Below, one piece after another: positions 1 to 11,897 of a stretch of 64,000 bases of DNA. The number at the start of each line of letters is the position of its first letter. Within the stretch, counting starts at the first letter, position 1. Under the pieces are notes generated by a model, which had not been told where the DNA came from, ran no database searches, and worked only from the letters and a program-made list of their open reading frames with translations. The position numbers were made by a program, and so were the translations under genes. The DNA is taken from NCBI GenBank assembly GCA_038142325.1, contig JAYQJW010000002.1:555328-619327 (forward strand). Direction: 5' to 3'. The DNA comes from Gammaproteobacteria bacterium (GTDB lineage: Bacteria > Pseudomonadota > Gammaproteobacteria > GCA-002705445 > GCA-002716945).

Positions 1-443
1 AAACCTGCAATATAAAAATATTTGAAATTATTTTTTGGCGTTTGAAAGTAATACTTTTCCTCATAAAACATTTCTGATGGAATATTTTTTTTATGATATT
101 TAAGGATTACTTCACCATTGGGACTAATGATAGCTGCAGTATTAAAATATTTATTTCTAGACTTCTCAAAAAATGTTATGCATAAATAGATTTTATGTCT
201 TACTGCGAGATATTTTATTTTATCAAAATCCAAGGATTTTATACTGATAGCTAAGTCAAAGAGGGTATCATTTTTTTTAATACATATGTATTTTTGAAAA
301 GATAATTCTGGACAAATTACCAATGTATTTTTTTTAATACTTTGTTTATTTAAGATTTTATCAACTTTTGAGATACTATTATCTAAACTATTTTCTGGCT
401 GATATTGTAATAATAAAGTATTTAAATATTTGCTGTTAGACAA
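1..443 (-). CDS. aguB: Carbon-nitrogen hydrolase, probable N-carbamoylputrescine amidase (runs off the window edge)
   Basis: Manual translation from TTG at 443: MSNSKYLNTLLLQYQP...ICPELS...YFNTAAIISPNG...YHKKNIPSEMFYEEKYYF. Nitrilase catalytic Glu and Lys motifs present; directly downstream of agmatine deiminase. Not in the ORF track because it is open at the edge. Confidence 0.75.
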   Translation of the reverse strand, partial: MSNSKYLNTLLLQYQPENSLDNSISKVDKILNKQSIKKNTLVICPELSFQKYICIKKNDTLFDLAISIKSLDFDKIKYLAVRHKIYLCITFFEKSRNKYFNTAAIISPNGEVILKYHKKNIPSEMFYEEKYYFQTPKNNFKYFYIAG

Positions 444-1429
444 TGCAACCCTCCGTTCTCTAACAATGCTGCTTCACATTTCACTGTGTATAGTGGAGCA
501 TTTATTGGTAATGATTTAATTTGTAATTCAATTGAGCTTTTATTTTTTTCTAAACATGGAAATATGAACATATTTTTTGTAGCAATAAAATTTAGCTTAG
601 AGTAGGGATATATTTTATTATTGACGACAAGCTCATCATTTTTGTCATGATAAATTGGTATGGCATTTTTGATTATCTTACTTTTATTCATTATGTTTTC
701 TATTTGTTCTTCTAATTTACGTGCTAGTCGATAATTCTGATATGAGACATCATTAGAAGCAAAATATAATATGGTATTACTATCTATAAATCTTACTAAA
801 TTATCAATATGACCATTCGTGTCATCACCAATAATTTCTGGTACATCAAATATGAATAACTCAGATACCTCAAGCTTATTTTTTGCTTTCAATAACTTAT
901 CTTTGAAATATTGATTATTGTTTGATTTGTTATTCTTCAAAATAGAGTTCATGTTGGTAAGTATTACTCCTTCTGATGAGAATTCTAAATTACCACCTTC
1001 TAAAACAATATCATCTAAATAAGCTTCAACAAATTGATATTCAAACATGTTTTTTAACTTTACTTCTTTTGTGTAACTGTATTTATAACCATATGAGTTG
1101 AAGTCGTAATTAATCAATTTTTTATTATTATTATCTATATATATTTTAGGAAAGTAATCACGAACCCAAATATCATCACATTCATATTCGATAGTATTTT
1201 TTGAAGATTCTGTTTTATCCAATTTAAGCTTCATGTAATCAAATTTATTTTTTGTCACAACTGTATACTTAATATTATTTATATTGAAAAGATCTATAAG
1301 CCTTTTATAGATATCCAATAAATTATTGTAAAAATATGCTTTTTGGTACATATGAGGATAAATCATTACTATATGATCTGACTCATAATCAGCAAATAAT
1401 TTATTAGCATTAGTAATCATATTCTTCAT
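422..1429 (-). CDS. aguA: Agmatine/peptidylarginine deiminase family protein
   Basis: Motifs DIWVRD, LEGGN, DDTNGHIDN and C-terminal GGLHCLT (catalytic Cys). Confidence 0.85.
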   Translation of the reverse strand: MKNMITNANKLFADYESDHIVMIYPHMYQKAYFYNNLLDIYKRLIDLFNINNIKYTVVTKNKFDYMKLKLDKTESSKNTIEYECDDIWVRDYFPKIYIDNNNKKLINYDFNSYGYKYSYTKEVKLKNMFEYQFVEAYLDDIVLEGGNLEFSSEGVILTNMNSILKNNKSNNNQYFKDKLLKAKNKLEVSELFIFDVPEIIGDDTNGHIDNLVRFIDSNTILYFASNDVSYQNYRLARKLEEQIENIMNKSKIIKNAIPIYHDKNDELVVNNKIYPYSKLNFIATKNMFIFPCLEKNKSSIELQIKSLPINAPLYTVKCEAALLENGGLHCLTANI

Positions 1430-1434
1430 TTATT

Positions 1435-1443
1435 TGATATAGT
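1435..1443 (+). promoter_or_regulatory. Extended -10 element (TG-a-TATAGT) 6 nt before the lolC ATG
   Basis: Sequence tgatatagt-gaacct-ATG; no Shine-Dalgarno; divergent gap of only 20 bp. Confidence 0.45.
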
Positions 1444-1449
1444 GAACCT

Positions 1450-2628
1450 ATGAATTTTTTAATAGCATACAGACTATTATTTTCTAAATATAATTTATCA
1501 TTCATCTCAATTATTTCAAAAGTTTCAATTTTTGGATTAATGTTAGGAGTCGGTATTCTTATTACGGTTCTGTCCGTAATGAATGGCTTTGAGAAAGAAC
1601 TTAGAGATAAAATTTTATCATTTACCTCACACATTAATATATATCCTGATAATGAATTTGGCGTAGAAAAAATTAAACAAATAATAGATTCATATGAAAA
1701 TGTCAAAGGTTACTCTGTAGTGCATAGAAATGAGATTCTATTATCCTCAAAAAATGTAACTAATATTCCAGTAGTTATACATAATGTTAATGAGACGCTT
1801 GAGTCCAAAACAAGCGAAATTCCTAAAATGTTAATTGATGGAGATTTTGATTTATCGACCTCAAATAATTTGATTATAGGTAATGTCCTAGCAAATAATC
1901 TTAATGTGACAATAGGGGATAAATTATTAGTATCAGATTATAAAGATATTTATGTGGATAAATCTTTTAAAGTTATAGGTATCTTTGATTCAGGAATTCA
2001 TGAATATAATCAACGCTTTATTTTAGGAAGTGATTATGCCTTGAAAGATGCATCAAATTTTTCGTACATTAAAGTTAATCTGTTAAATCCACTAGATGCA
2101 ATAAAGGTATCACGTGACTTATTTAATGATTATTCTATTGTTTCAAGTAATTGGACTGAAACACATAATGCTCTTTTTCAGGCGATAGGTAATGAAAAAA
2201 GAGTAATGTTTATAATACTAATGTTAATTATTGCTATTGCTGCCTTTAATATTATCTCTTCATTATCTTTGTTGGTTTTGAATAAACAAAAAGATATTGC
2301 AATATTAATATCACTTGGGTTTTCTAAATTTACTATTCAATCTATCTTTTTTATACAAGGATTAATCATTGGATTAATTGGCATTTCACTAGGAGTAATG
2401 TTAGGCATAGCACTGTCTTTAAACATTCATGATATTGTTTTGTTTTTGGAATCTCTCTTTAACGTTTCTTTGATTTCACCTGACATATATCATATTGATG
2501 TTGTACCATCAATCATATTTCTATCAGATATTTATAATATTATTTTCATTTCTTTTGCCATGATTTTATTATCTGCTATATACCCAGCCAAGAAAAGCAG
2601 CAAACATTATTCCATCTCAATCACTTAA
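1450..2628 (+). CDS. lolC: Lipoprotein-releasing ABC transporter permease LolC/E (last ~10 codons probably frameshifted)
   Basis: LITVLSVMNGFE, IAAFNII and SAIYPA motifs; removing one A near 2595 gives the canonical end KKAANIIPSQSLK. Confidence 0.9.
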   Translation: MNFLIAYRLLFSKYNLSFISIISKVSIFGLMLGVGILITVLSVMNGFEKELRDKILSFTSHINIYPDNEFGVEKIKQIIDSYENVKGYSVVHRNEILLSSKNVTNIPVVIHNVNETLESKTSEIPKMLIDGDFDLSTSNNLIIGNVLANNLNVTIGDKLLVSDYKDIYVDKSFKVIGIFDSGIHEYNQRFILGSDYALKDASNFSYIKVNLLNPLDAIKVSRDLFNDYSIVSSNWTETHNALFQAIGNEKRVMFIILMLIIAIAAFNIISSLSLLVLNKQKDIAILISLGFSKFTIQSIFFIQGLIIGLIGISLGVMLGIALSLNIHDIVLFLESLFNVSLISPDIYHIDVVPSIIFLSDIYNIIFISFAMILLSAIYPAKKSSKHYSISIT

Positions 2629-2631
2629 AAT

Positions 2632-3294
2632 ATGAAAATTACTTGTCAAGATATAACTAAATCTTATTCTAAAAATATAATTAATAATGTTATTGATAGA
2701 CTTTCTTTTGATCTTCCCTCTGGAGAATCAATGGCTATATCTGGGCCATCGGGTGTTGGAAAATCAACTTTGTTAAATTTACTTTCAGGTTTAGATAATG
2801 TTGATAAAGGCAAGATATGGTTTGACGATGTCGAACTTACGAGAATGCCTAATAAAGAAAAAATATTTTTTAGGCTAAATAATATTTCACTAATTTTCCA
2901 AACTCCAAATCTACTAAAAGATTTTAATGTTATTGAGAATATAATGATACCTATAAGGTATAAAGGCATCTCTAAAATTAAATCTATAGATATTGGTGAT
3001 AGAGTACTAAAAGAGGTTGGATTATTTGATATAAGAGAAAAACCTATATCATTGTTATCAGGAGGTGAAGCACAAAGAGTTGGTATAGCAAGAGCTATGG
3101 CAATGGAATCAAAAATAATACTTGCTGATGAGCCAACAGGTAATCTAGATACAGAAAATTCAAAACTAGTAATGAATCACCTTATTGATATTTGCAAAAA
3201 ACATTCGACTACTCTAATTGTGGTAACACATGATAAGGAAGTAATTAGCCAACTTAACAATGTTGTACAAATGAAGGATGGTATATTTATTTGA
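2632..3294 (+). CDS. lolD: Lipoprotein-releasing ABC transporter ATPase
   Basis: GPSGVGKST, LSGGEAQR, LADEPTGNLD, VTHD; follows lolC. Confidence 0.9.
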   Translation: MKITCQDITKSYSKNIINNVIDRLSFDLPSGESMAISGPSGVGKSTLLNLLSGLDNVDKGKIWFDDVELTRMPNKEKIFFRLNNISLIFQTPNLLKDFNVIENIMIPIRYKGISKIKSIDIGDRVLKEVGLFDIREKPISLLSGGEAQRVGIARAMAMESKIILADEPTGNLDTENSKLVMNHLIDICKKHSTTLIVVTHDKEVISQLNNVVQMKDGIFI

Positions 3295-3799
3295 TATTTT
3301 TCCTAAATCTTTTAAGTTTTTTGTAAGCTAATACTTTCCAAATAATATGAATACTAAAATATCCTATTATTGATGAGACAATACCAATTATTACAGTACC
3401 AGTAAGTAATGGTTGCCATATTAATCCAAATACACTTGCAAACCATTCCACACTTGCTTCAAACTTATCAAATAAAGGGTCAATACCCAAAACAATATTT
3501 CCAAATTCATAACCTAAGTACATCATAGGAGGCATAGTTATCGGATTACTTATCCAAACACCTGCTAGTGAAAGCGGAAGGTTTGCTCTAAAATAAACAG
3601 CACAAAATGCAGCAGGTATCATTTGAAAAAACATTGGCAACCATCCCCAGAATAAGCCAATTGCTATAGCCCTTGCTAAGCTATTTTTATTTATACTCCA
3701 TAAATCTTTATGAAATATTGAATCACCAAGAATACCCAAAGCCTTATATTTCCTAATATCTTCGGGCTTAGGCAAATTATTTTTAAAGAACTTTTTCAT
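3287..3799 (-). CDS. DUF2062 domain membrane protein
   Basis: ARAIAIGLFWG...RANLP...WISNPITMPP motif; usual position between lolD and msbA. Confidence 0.85.
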   Translation of the reverse strand: MKKFFKNNLPKPEDIRKYKALGILGDSIFHKDLWSINKNSLARAIAIGLFWGWLPMFFQMIPAAFCAVYFRANLPLSLAGVWISNPITMPPMMYLGYEFGNIVLGIDPLFDKFEASVEWFASVFGLIWQPLLTGTVIIGIVSSIIGYFSIHIIWKVLAYKKLKRFRKNIK

Positions 3800-3899
3800 T
3801 TTATGTGAACTATACAGGTAAATAATTGTATGTATATTTCAATGCATAAACAATATCATGTATGATAATTAAATATTTCTATAATCCTATAAATTAATA

Positions 3900-5647
3900 A
3901 TGGCACTCAATAACATTAACGGATTTGACCTTTATAAAAGGCTATTACGAAGTACAAGCGTATATAAAGGCGTATTTGTATTAGCAATAATCGGCATGAT
4001 TGTTCACGCTATAACGGACACGTCATTTGCTGCAATCATTAAACCGTTGTTAGACGGTAGCTTTATAGAAAAAGATCCTGAATTTATCCAACTTATGCCT
4101 ATTTTAATTATACTTATCTTCATTTTCCGTGGCCTTGGTTCATTTATGTCTAGCTATGGCATGGCATATGTCGGAAGGAGTTTAATAAGAGATATTAGAC
4201 GACAGATGTTTGATAAAATTTTAACAAGGTCATCAACCATGTATGACGAGTCAGTTACAGGTAAACTAGTCTCTAAAATTACGTTTGATGCTGAACAGGT
4301 AGCAGAAGCAGCTACTAAAGCAATAACTACAATTATCAAAGATGGCCTAACTATTATCGGTTTGCTGTCTTTAATGTTTTATTATAGTTTCGAACTATCT
4401 ATTGGCATTATTTTAATCGCACCATTCATTGGTATATTTTTAAAAATCATGAGTTCTAAATTTAGAGCTGTAAGTCGTGATATTCAAAAATCAATGGGTA
4501 CGGTTACTAACGTTGTCGAAGAATCCATAATAGGGCATAGAATTATTAAAATCTTTGGCGGTAAGGAACAAGAAAAAAACACATTTAGTAGCGCAAATGA
4601 ATATAATCGCGAAAAAAACCTGAAGCTTATATTTATTCAAAGTCTTAGCATTCCTATCATGCAATTAATAGTAGCAGTATTTTTAGCTTCAATAATTTTT
4701 TTTGCCACATCAAATAACTATCTTGAAGAAATATCTATTGGAACATTCATGTCTTATCTAACTGCGATGATTATGCTCTTTGCTCCTATAAAAAGACTAT
4801 CTGAAGTAAATGTGACTTTACAACGAGGTATTGCTGCAAGCGAATCTATATTCGATTTACTCGACTCAGATAGTGAATATATAAATATAAAGAATAATTC
4901 AAATCTTACAGGTAATCTTTCCATTACATTTAGAGATGTAAGTTTTAAATATCCATCCTCACAGACGAATATATTAAATCAAATTAACATTAAATTAATC
5001 AGTGTGAAACTGTCGCATTAGTTGGTAAATCAGGAAGCGGAAAGACAACTTTACTTGATTTAATCCCAAGATTATATGATCCAATTAATGGAGAAATATC
5101 TTTTAACAATATAAATATCAAAGATATAAATCTTAATGAGATTAGAAGTTATATTTCCTATGTAGGACAGGATTTTACGCTTTTTAATGATACTATTTTT
5201 AATAACATCGCATACGGAGAACTCAGTTCTTCAAGTAAAAATGATGTTTATGAAGCTGCAAAATTTGCTGATGCACTTGATTTTATTAATGAGCTTCCAG
5301 AAAAATTTGAAACAATTGTTGGTCAGAACGGAGTACTACTATCCGGTGGGCAAAGACAAAGAATAGCAATATCTAGGGCATTACTTAAGAATGCGCCTAT
5401 ACTTCTTCTTGATGAGGCTACAAGTGCTTTGGACGTCGAATCTGAACATTCTATTCAACAATCTTTGTCAAAATTATCAATAAATAAAACTACAGTTGTT
5501 ATAGCTCATAGACTATCTACAGTTATAAACGCTGATAAGATAATAGTGATCGAAGATGGTAAAGTGCTAGAAGAGGGAAGTCATAATGATTTAATCAATA
5601 AAAAGGCAGCATACTTCGACTTATATAATTCTCAATTTCAATCATGA
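3900..5647 (+). CDS. msbA: Lipid A flippase MsbA (one frameshift near 4993)
   Basis: TM domain 3900-5021. The other frame continues ETVALVGKSGSGKTT...LSGGQRQRIAISRA...LDEATSALD into ORF 5429-5647. One A is missing in taaattaat. Confidence 0.93.
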
Positions 5648-6597
5648 TTCATAAATTCTTTACCTATCTTTGGTATAAAGGAAATCTTATTTTATCAATT
5701 CCATTTCTGCCTTTATCATTATTATTTTTTTTGATTATAGTTATAAGGAAATTTCTTTATACAAAAATTCTAAAAAGATATGTTTCAAAAAACAAAGTTA
5801 TAATTATCGGTAACCTAACTGTCGGAGGTTCAGGGAAGACTCCATTTACAATATGGTTAAGTAATTATTTGAAGAAAAATAAAAAAAGATTCTCAATTAT
5901 CAGTTCAGGTTATAGCTCAAATATTTCATCACCTCAAATAATTAATGATAAATCTGATCCGCATGAAGTAGGTGATGAAGCTGTTCTTATTCATAATATG
6001 ACTGACAACATGACGGTATCGAGTAACAATCGTGTTCAATCAAATATTTTTTGCGATCAGTATGACTTGGATTATGTTATTCATGATGATGGCCTTCAGC
6101 ATTATAGATTACCAAGAGATCAGGAGTTTATAATCGTTAAAAACGAAAAGATTAAAAATAAATTTCTTCTTCCATCTGGTCCTTTTAGAGAGCCTTATTT
6201 TTTTCATCCACATGGAAAATTTATATCAAGTAATTACTATTATAATGATATTCCAGGTTTTTATTCTAAAATTTCTTCAATTAAGAATTCTATGACTGGA
6301 GAATCTTTGAGTATAGAAGACCATAGATTCAAAAACTCATCATTAATAACAGCAATTGCAGATAATAGAATAATTATTGAAGAATTAAAAAAATATAAAA
6401 TTAATTTACAAGCTATTAATTATCCAGATCATTATAGGTTCAAGAAATCTGATTTCGATGAATTAAAGTTACCTATACTGGTTACACAAAAAGATTTTGT
6501 TAAAATAAAAAAACTAAATCTTAAAAATATTTTTATTCTTGAACAAATTATAGTACCTAATGGTAAACTAATAGAATTAGTTGAAAAATTATTATGA
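5644..6597 (+). CDS. lpxK: Tetraacyldisaccharide 4'-kinase
   Basis: GNLTVGGSGKTP, VGDEA, DDGLQHY, GPFRE, YPDHY, TQKD. Confidence 0.93.
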   Translation: MIHKFFTYLWYKGNLILSIPFLPLSLLFFLIIVIRKFLYTKILKRYVSKNKVIIIGNLTVGGSGKTPFTIWLSNYLKKNKKRFSIISSGYSSNISSPQIINDKSDPHEVGDEAVLIHNMTDNMTVSSNNRVQSNIFCDQYDLDYVIHDDGLQHYRLPRDQEFIIVKNEKIKNKFLLPSGPFREPYFFHPHGKFISSNYYYNDIPGFYSKISSIKNSMTGESLSIEDHRFKNSSLITAIADNRIIIEELKKYKINLQAINYPDHYRFKKSDFDELKLPILVTQKDFVKIKKLNLKNIFILEQIIVPNGKLIELVEKLL

Positions 6598-7313
6598 AAG
6601 TATTCATCATATTGCCAGCAAGGTTAAACTCTTCACGACTGCACCATAAATTAATTAGAAAAATAGGAGACAAGACTCTTATTGAGCATATGATAATCTC
6701 TGCAAAAAAAATTAAAAATTCAAAAATTATTGTTTCTACTGACTCTTCGGTTATTCAAGATTATGCGATAAAGAATAATGTAGATTCTCTTTTATCAAAA
6801 AAGAAATTTAATAATGGCACTGAGAGATCATGCTTTACTGCAAAAAAATTTAATGCAAAACACAATGATATTATTATCAACCTTCAAGCAGATGAATTTA
6901 ATATAAACATTATAGATATTAATAATCTAATCAGACATTTAAAATCAACTAAGCATTCATCTATCGCTACTTTATTCTATAAAACTAAAGATAAAAGTGA
7001 ATATAATAATAAAAACAATGTTAAGTTAATCATTGATAAGAATAATAAAGCTATTACATTTACAAGAAATACCTTATCATCAGTGAAAACATTTTATTTA
7101 ATTCATGTCGGCGTTTATGCATTTAAATTCAAATCTCTACTAAATTACTCTGAGATGAAATTATGTGACTATGAAAAAAATGAGAGTCTTGAACAATTAA
7201 GATTGATTTGGAATAATGTACCAATTGATTGTTTGGAAGTTAAAAAAAATCAATCAATTGGTATTAACTCTGCCCGTGATTTAAAAAAAGCCAGGGAATT
7301 ATATGAAAATTAA
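6594..7313 (+). CDS. kdsB: CMP-KDO synthetase
   Basis: PARLNSSRL, GTER, NLQADE, HVGVYAF, ESLEQLR. Confidence 0.92.
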   Translation: MKVFIILPARLNSSRLHHKLIRKIGDKTLIEHMIISAKKIKNSKIIVSTDSSVIQDYAIKNNVDSLLSKKKFNNGTERSCFTAKKFNAKHNDIIINLQADEFNINIIDINNLIRHLKSTKHSSIATLFYKTKDKSEYNNKNNVKLIIDKNNKAITFTRNTLSSVKTFYLIHVGVYAFKFKSLLNYSEMKLCDYEKNESLEQLRLIWNNVPIDCLEVKKNQSIGINSARDLKKARELYEN

Positions 7314-8266
7314 GAATATTACTATTACAGGTGCAGCAGGCAACATAGCCTATGCATTAATATTTAGAATTCTTTCTAACCCACCATTCAAAGGTTTAGA
7401 TAAATTAATTTAACTCTTCTTGATATTACTCCATCTATTAAATCTCTTACAGGCTTGAAGTATGAAATTGAGGATTGTGCATTTGAAACATTAAATCAAA
7501 TCACGATAACAGATAATCCAGAATTAGCTTTTGATGGATCAGACTATATTATAATGGTTGGAGCTAAACCAAGAACAAAAGGCATGGAAAGGTCTGACCT
7601 AATTATGGATAACGCAAACATATTCAAAAGTCAGGCGAAGATTATTAATGAGGTATGCTCTCAAATACCAAGATAATTGTTATTGGAAATCCAGCTAATA
7701 CAAATGCACTAATACTTAATTACAATACACCTAATATTCCAAACACTAATATTACATCTCTCATGAAACTTGATCAAAATAGAGCTAAGAGTATTTTAGC
7801 TTCTAAAATTAATCAGAAAGTTGAATGTATTAAGAACATGATTGTTTGGGGTAATCATTCAACGACTCAAGTTCCTGATTTATATAATTGCCTTGTGAAT
7901 TCTGAAGAAATAAAATTAGATGATTCTTGGATCCATGATACATTCATTCCAAAAGTTCAAAAAAGAGGTGGTGAAATTATCGAATACAGAGGATTATCAA
8001 GTGCTGCATCTGCTGCTTCAGCCATCTATGATCATATTTATGTTTTGGAAAATGGATCAAATGATATTGAAGCATTAGGAATAATGTCAAACGGTGAATA
8101 TGACATCAGACCAGACTTAATGTTTTCTATGCCTTTAAAGATTTGTGATGGCGCATACAAAGTAGAAGAAAATATAAAAATCAATGAAAGCCTTATTGAT
8201 TTGATTAAAATAACAGAAGAGGAGCTTGTTCAAGAAAGAGATATTGTCAAACAGTATCTTCCATAG
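7303..8266 (+). CDS. mdh: Malate dehydrogenase, cytosolic/Thermus type (two frameshifts, ~7405 and ~7662)
   Basis: ATG at 7303 gives ITITGAAGNIAY; then VGAKPRTKGMERSDL, VIGNPANTNA, LDQNRA, WGNHSTTQVPD, SSAASAA across three frames. Confidence 0.9.
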
Positions 8267-9155
8267 TTAGTATCTCTAGTTTTTTATCTTCAATATATAG
8301 ATCATTAAAATCTACGCTGTCTCTTATTACACAATGTGATAGAAGTTTTCCATCAAACTCAAAACTATCACCTACTAACTCGCCAACACTCTCTCCATCA
8401 CTATTCACTACATTTTTTTTATCAATAATCATGCAATCAACTATTATTAGATATATATGTTTTTTAACATTTCCTAAATAGTGAGTCCTGGCAATAACTT
8501 CTTGTCCTGTATAACAGCCTTTTTTGTAACTAACCGTTTGTAATTTATCAGAGTTTAATACTTGAGGGAGATACTTTTCTATCTGATCTTTTTTGAGCCT
8601 TGTTCGCATATCAAATAGATCTATGAGACATGTTTGGTTTTCGGACATTATTTCATAAGATAATTCACAATTATCATCTCCCAAATTGATGTATTTACAT
8701 TGATTAATAAATTCTGAAGACATATTAATTATATATTCAAATTCATTTATTTTTTTCACTGAGTAAGGATCGTTGATTTGAAATTCATTAATGAGATTTT
8801 TTGCTTTATCACCTATTGACCATAAAGTTTTAGATGATTTACATTCAATCAATTCAACTTTAGACATTAAGATGTATTTTGAAATTTTCTCTAAAAAATA
8901 ATCCGATAAGGACTTTGATAATAATAAGAATATATCACCATCATCTGAGAAAATTTGCATATTAACTATAACTTTTCCTTGATGGGTACAATAGGATGCA
9001 TTGATAAAGTTATCTTTTAGGCTTTCAACATCATTTGTTAACTGTCCTTGCAGAAACTTTTTAGCATCTTCACCAGATACCTTTATGACAGTCGACTCAT
9101 TATCAATGTACAGATTGCTATAATTTTTTATTAGATTAGTTAATATTTTATTCAT
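8247..9155 (-). CDS. ygfZ: Folate-binding Fe-S maturation protein YgfZ
   Basis: G-DAKKFLQGQLTNDV and KGCYTGQE signature. Confidence 0.93.
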   Translation of the reverse strand: MNKILTNLIKNYSNLYIDNESTVIKVSGEDAKKFLQGQLTNDVESLKDNFINASYCTHQGKVIVNMQIFSDDGDIFLLLSKSLSDYFLEKISKYILMSKVELIECKSSKTLWSIGDKAKNLINEFQINDPYSVKKINEFEYIINMSSEFINQCKYINLGDDNCELSYEIMSENQTCLIDLFDMRTRLKKDQIEKYLPQVLNSDKLQTVSYKKGCYTGQEVIARTHYLGNVKKHIYLIIVDCMIIDKKNVVNSDGESVGELVGDSFEFDGKLLSHCVIRDSVDFNDLYIEDKKLEILTMEDTV

Positions 9156-9286
9156 TTAAAGCATTGATAATTAATATTCTTTTTACGAATTTTATCTATA
9201 TACCTATTTTAGTATATCCTAATAAATTACTATATATTTTAAAATTATTTTCATATAATATCGAGCAAGGTAATTTAAGGATAATT

Positions 9287-9427
9287 ATGGAAAATAAAAG
9301 CAAAAAAAGTAAGCTTATAATTCCAGCCAAAAAGGAAAAGCCATCTAAAGAAATTGGTGGCAGGAAAGGACCAGAGCCTACCAGATATGGTGACTGGGAA
9401 AAAAACGGACGCTGTATAGATTTTTAA
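9287..9427 (+). CDS. DUF1674 / SDHAF4 (Sdh8)-like succinate dehydrogenase assembly factor
   Basis: EIGGRKGPEPTRYGDWEKNGRCIDF signature; ATG 9287 after an AAGGA SD (true start is downstream of the ORF-track start). Confidence 0.9.
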   Translation: MENKSKKSKLIIPAKKEKPSKEIGGRKGPEPTRYGDWEKNGRCIDF

Positions 9428-9428
9428 T

Positions 9429-9812
9429 ATGAATGTAAGTAAAAGACCACTGTCTCCGCATCTACAGATATACAAACCTCAGCTTACATCTATTCTGTCA
9501 ATATCACATAGGTTAACTGGTTTTGCTCTAAGCATACTAATTCTCTTTTCTCCTGTAATCCTATATTTACTGACTGCTTCCAAAGATACGCATGCGATTA
9601 TCACGAGTATTTTTGAAAATGGATTTATTAAGATAGTTCTATCATTAGCTTTATTTGGCATGGTTTATCATTTATTTAATGGAATAAGACATCTCGCATG
9701 GGATGCAGGTTATGGCCTAGATATAGATGATAGTTACAAATCAGGATATTTAGTACTAGGAGCTTCAATAGTCATAAGTTTATTAATAGTTTTCTCATCG
9801 GGGATATTTTAA
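9429..9812 (+). CDS. sdhC: Succinate dehydrogenase cytochrome b556 subunit
   Basis: RPLSPHLQIYKPQLTS-LSISHR, HLFNGIRHL-WD. Confidence 0.95.
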   Translation: MNVSKRPLSPHLQIYKPQLTSILSISHRLTGFALSILILFSPVILYLLTASKDTHAIITSIFENGFIKIVLSLALFGMVYHLFNGIRHLAWDAGYGLDIDDSYKSGYLVLGASIVISLLIVFSSGIF

Positions 9813-10129
9813 TGTCTGTTCAACATTGGAAGTTACAACGCTTAAGCGCTATATTTTTAATACCCATAGTGATCTTCTCTCTATCATATATCATTAGTTT
9901 GGGATCTATTCCATATACTCAAATCATCGATGACCTTGGGTCTTTTACTGGATTTATTATTACAACAATATTCATGGGATTTATTTTATTTCATAGCTCA
10001 ATGGGTTTGGAGGTAATAATAGAAGATTATGTTCATACAGAAAATCTTCAAAAGAATATAGTTTCCCTATCAAAACTATTTCACATTATTTCATTTTTTT
10101 TAACAATTGTAATTTTAGCGAGTATATAA
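9812..10129 (+). CDS. sdhD: Succinate dehydrogenase membrane anchor
   Basis: [23 protein letters not shown]. Confidence 0.93.
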   Translation: MSVQHWKLQRLSAIFLIPIVIFSLSYIISLGSIPYTQIIDDLGSFTGFIITTIFMGFILFHSSMGLEVIIEDYVHTENLQKNIVSLSKLFHIISFFLTIVILASI

Positions 10130-10130
10130 C

Positions 10131-11897
10131 ATGGAGTTAATTAAACACGAACATGATGTTCTTGTCGTAGGCGCAGGTGGATCAGGGCTGCGTGCATCAA
10201 TGGGACTGTCCCAATCTGATTTATCAGTAGCATGTATTTCTAAAGTATTTCCGACCAGAAGTCATACTGTTGCAGCTCAAGGTGGTATTAGTGGAGCTCT
10301 TGGCAACATGGGTGAAGATGATTGGAGATGGCATATGTATGACACCGTTAAAGGCTCTGACTGGCTAGGTGATCAAGACTCAATTGAGTATATGTGTAAA
10401 AATGCAGTTGATTCAATTATTGAACTTGAACATTATGGCGTGCCTTTTTCTAGGACAGAGGAAGGTAAAATTTACCAAAGACCTTTTGGTGGTATGACGA
10501 CTGAGTATGGCAAAGGAATAGCTCAAAGGACATGTGCTGCAGCAGACCGAACAGGGCATGCAATCTTACATACACTTTATACACAATCATTAAAAAACGA
10601 TGTTGATTTTTTTATTGAATATTTTGTAATTGATTTAGTTTTTGAGGATGGGAAATGCGTAGGAGTACTGGCTTGGTGTCTTGAAGACGGAAAGATTCAT
10701 TTATTTCAGTCACACATAGTTATCCTGGCTACAGGAGGTTACGGCAGAGCTTATCTATCATCTACATCTGCACATACATGCACAGGAGATGGCAATGGAA
10801 TGGTCCTTAGAGCAAACCTCCCACTGCAAGATATGGAGTTCATACAATTTCATCCAACTGGGATTTATGGAGCAGGGTGTTTAATCACTGAGGGGGCAAG
10901 AGGAGAAGGAGGTTATCTCACAAATTCAGAGGGCGAGAGATTCATGCCAAAATATGCACCTAATGCCAAAGACTTAGCATCAAGAGATGTTGTGAGCAGG
11001 GCTATCCAAATGGAAGTTAATGCTGGCAGAGGAGTTGGTTCAGAAAAAGATCATGCTCATCTACATCTTGAACATCTAGATGCTGCAACAATTAATGAAA
11101 AATTACCTGGCATAGCAGAAACTGCACAAATATTTGCTGGTGTAGATGTTACAAAAAATCCTATCCCTGTAATACCTACTGTTCATTATAATATGGGAGG
11201 GACTCCTACAAATTATCATACTGAAGTTTTGGACTCTAAAAATAACGTTGTAAATGGTTTAATGGCCGTTGGAGAGGGTGCATGTGTATCAGTGCATGGA
11301 GCAAATCGATTAGGTTCTAATTCACTTCTTGATTTAGTTGTTTTCGGAAGATCCGCTGCAAATAGAGCGATTGAAGTACTGAAAGACAAGCCTGAAAATC
11401 ATCCCACCATCAATCAATCTAATATTGATAATATTCTTAATAGATTTCATTCTATTAAAGATTCTAACGGTGATATCAATCCATCTGAAATTAGAGATAA
11501 AATGCAAAAAACCATGCAAAGATATGCTCCTGTTTATAGAGATCAAAGTACAATGGATAAAGGTATAGAAATTATGAAAGGGTTATTTGATGATTTTAAA
11601 AACATAAAGTTATCTGATTCCTCATTAATTTGGAATACTGATCTAGCTGAAACACTAGAACTTAATAACCTTCTTTATCAATCATTAGCAACTTTATATT
11701 CAGCATCTGCAAGAACAGAAAGTAGAGGAAGTCATGCAAGAGATGATTATCCTGACAGAGATGATGATAAATGGCTAAAACATTCCTTGGTGTCTGTTAA
11801 TGAAAAAGGCGATGCTAAATACGATTATAAAGATGTACAGCTCAAAACATTAACTGATGATATGGAAACTGTAGCCCTAAAGGCAAGGACATACTAA
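10131..11897 (+). CDS. sdhA: Succinate dehydrogenase flavoprotein
   Basis: [10 protein letters not shown] (FAD His), [18 protein letters not shown]. Confidence 0.98.
   Translation: MELIKHEHDVLVVGAGGSGLRASMGLSQSDLSVACISKVFPTRSHTVAAQGGISGALGNMGEDDWRWHMYDTVKGSDWLGDQDSIEYMCKNAVDSIIELEHYGVPFSRTEEGKIYQRPFGGMTTEYGKGIAQRTCAAADRTGHAILHTLYTQSLKNDVDFFIEYFVIDLVFEDGKCVGVLAWCLEDGKIHLFQSHIVILATGGYGRAYLSSTSAHTCTGDGNGMVLRANLPLQDMEFIQFHPTGIYGAGCLITEGARGEGGYLTNSEGERFMPKYAPNAKDLASRDVVSRAIQMEVNAGRGVGSEKDHAHLHLEHLDAATINEKLPGIAETAQIFAGVDVTKNPIPVIPTVHYNMGGTPTNYHTEVLDSKNNVVNGLMAVGEGACVSVHGANRLGSNSLLDLVVFGRSAANRAIEVLKDKPENHPTINQSNIDNILNRFHSIKDSNGDINPSEIRDKMQKTMQRYAPVYRDQSTMDKGIEIMKGLFDDFKNIKLSDSSLIWNTDLAETLELNNLLYQSLATLYSASARTESRGSHARDDYPDRDDDKWLKHSLVSVNEKGDAKYDYKDVQLKTLTDDMETVALKARTY

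Noticed and set aside
9164-9286. Long N-terminus of the DUF1674 ORF and a possible Fur box (TGATAAT-T-AATATTC)
   Set aside because: The extension is AT-rich promoter DNA upstream of the SD, and the Fur match is only one good half-site.
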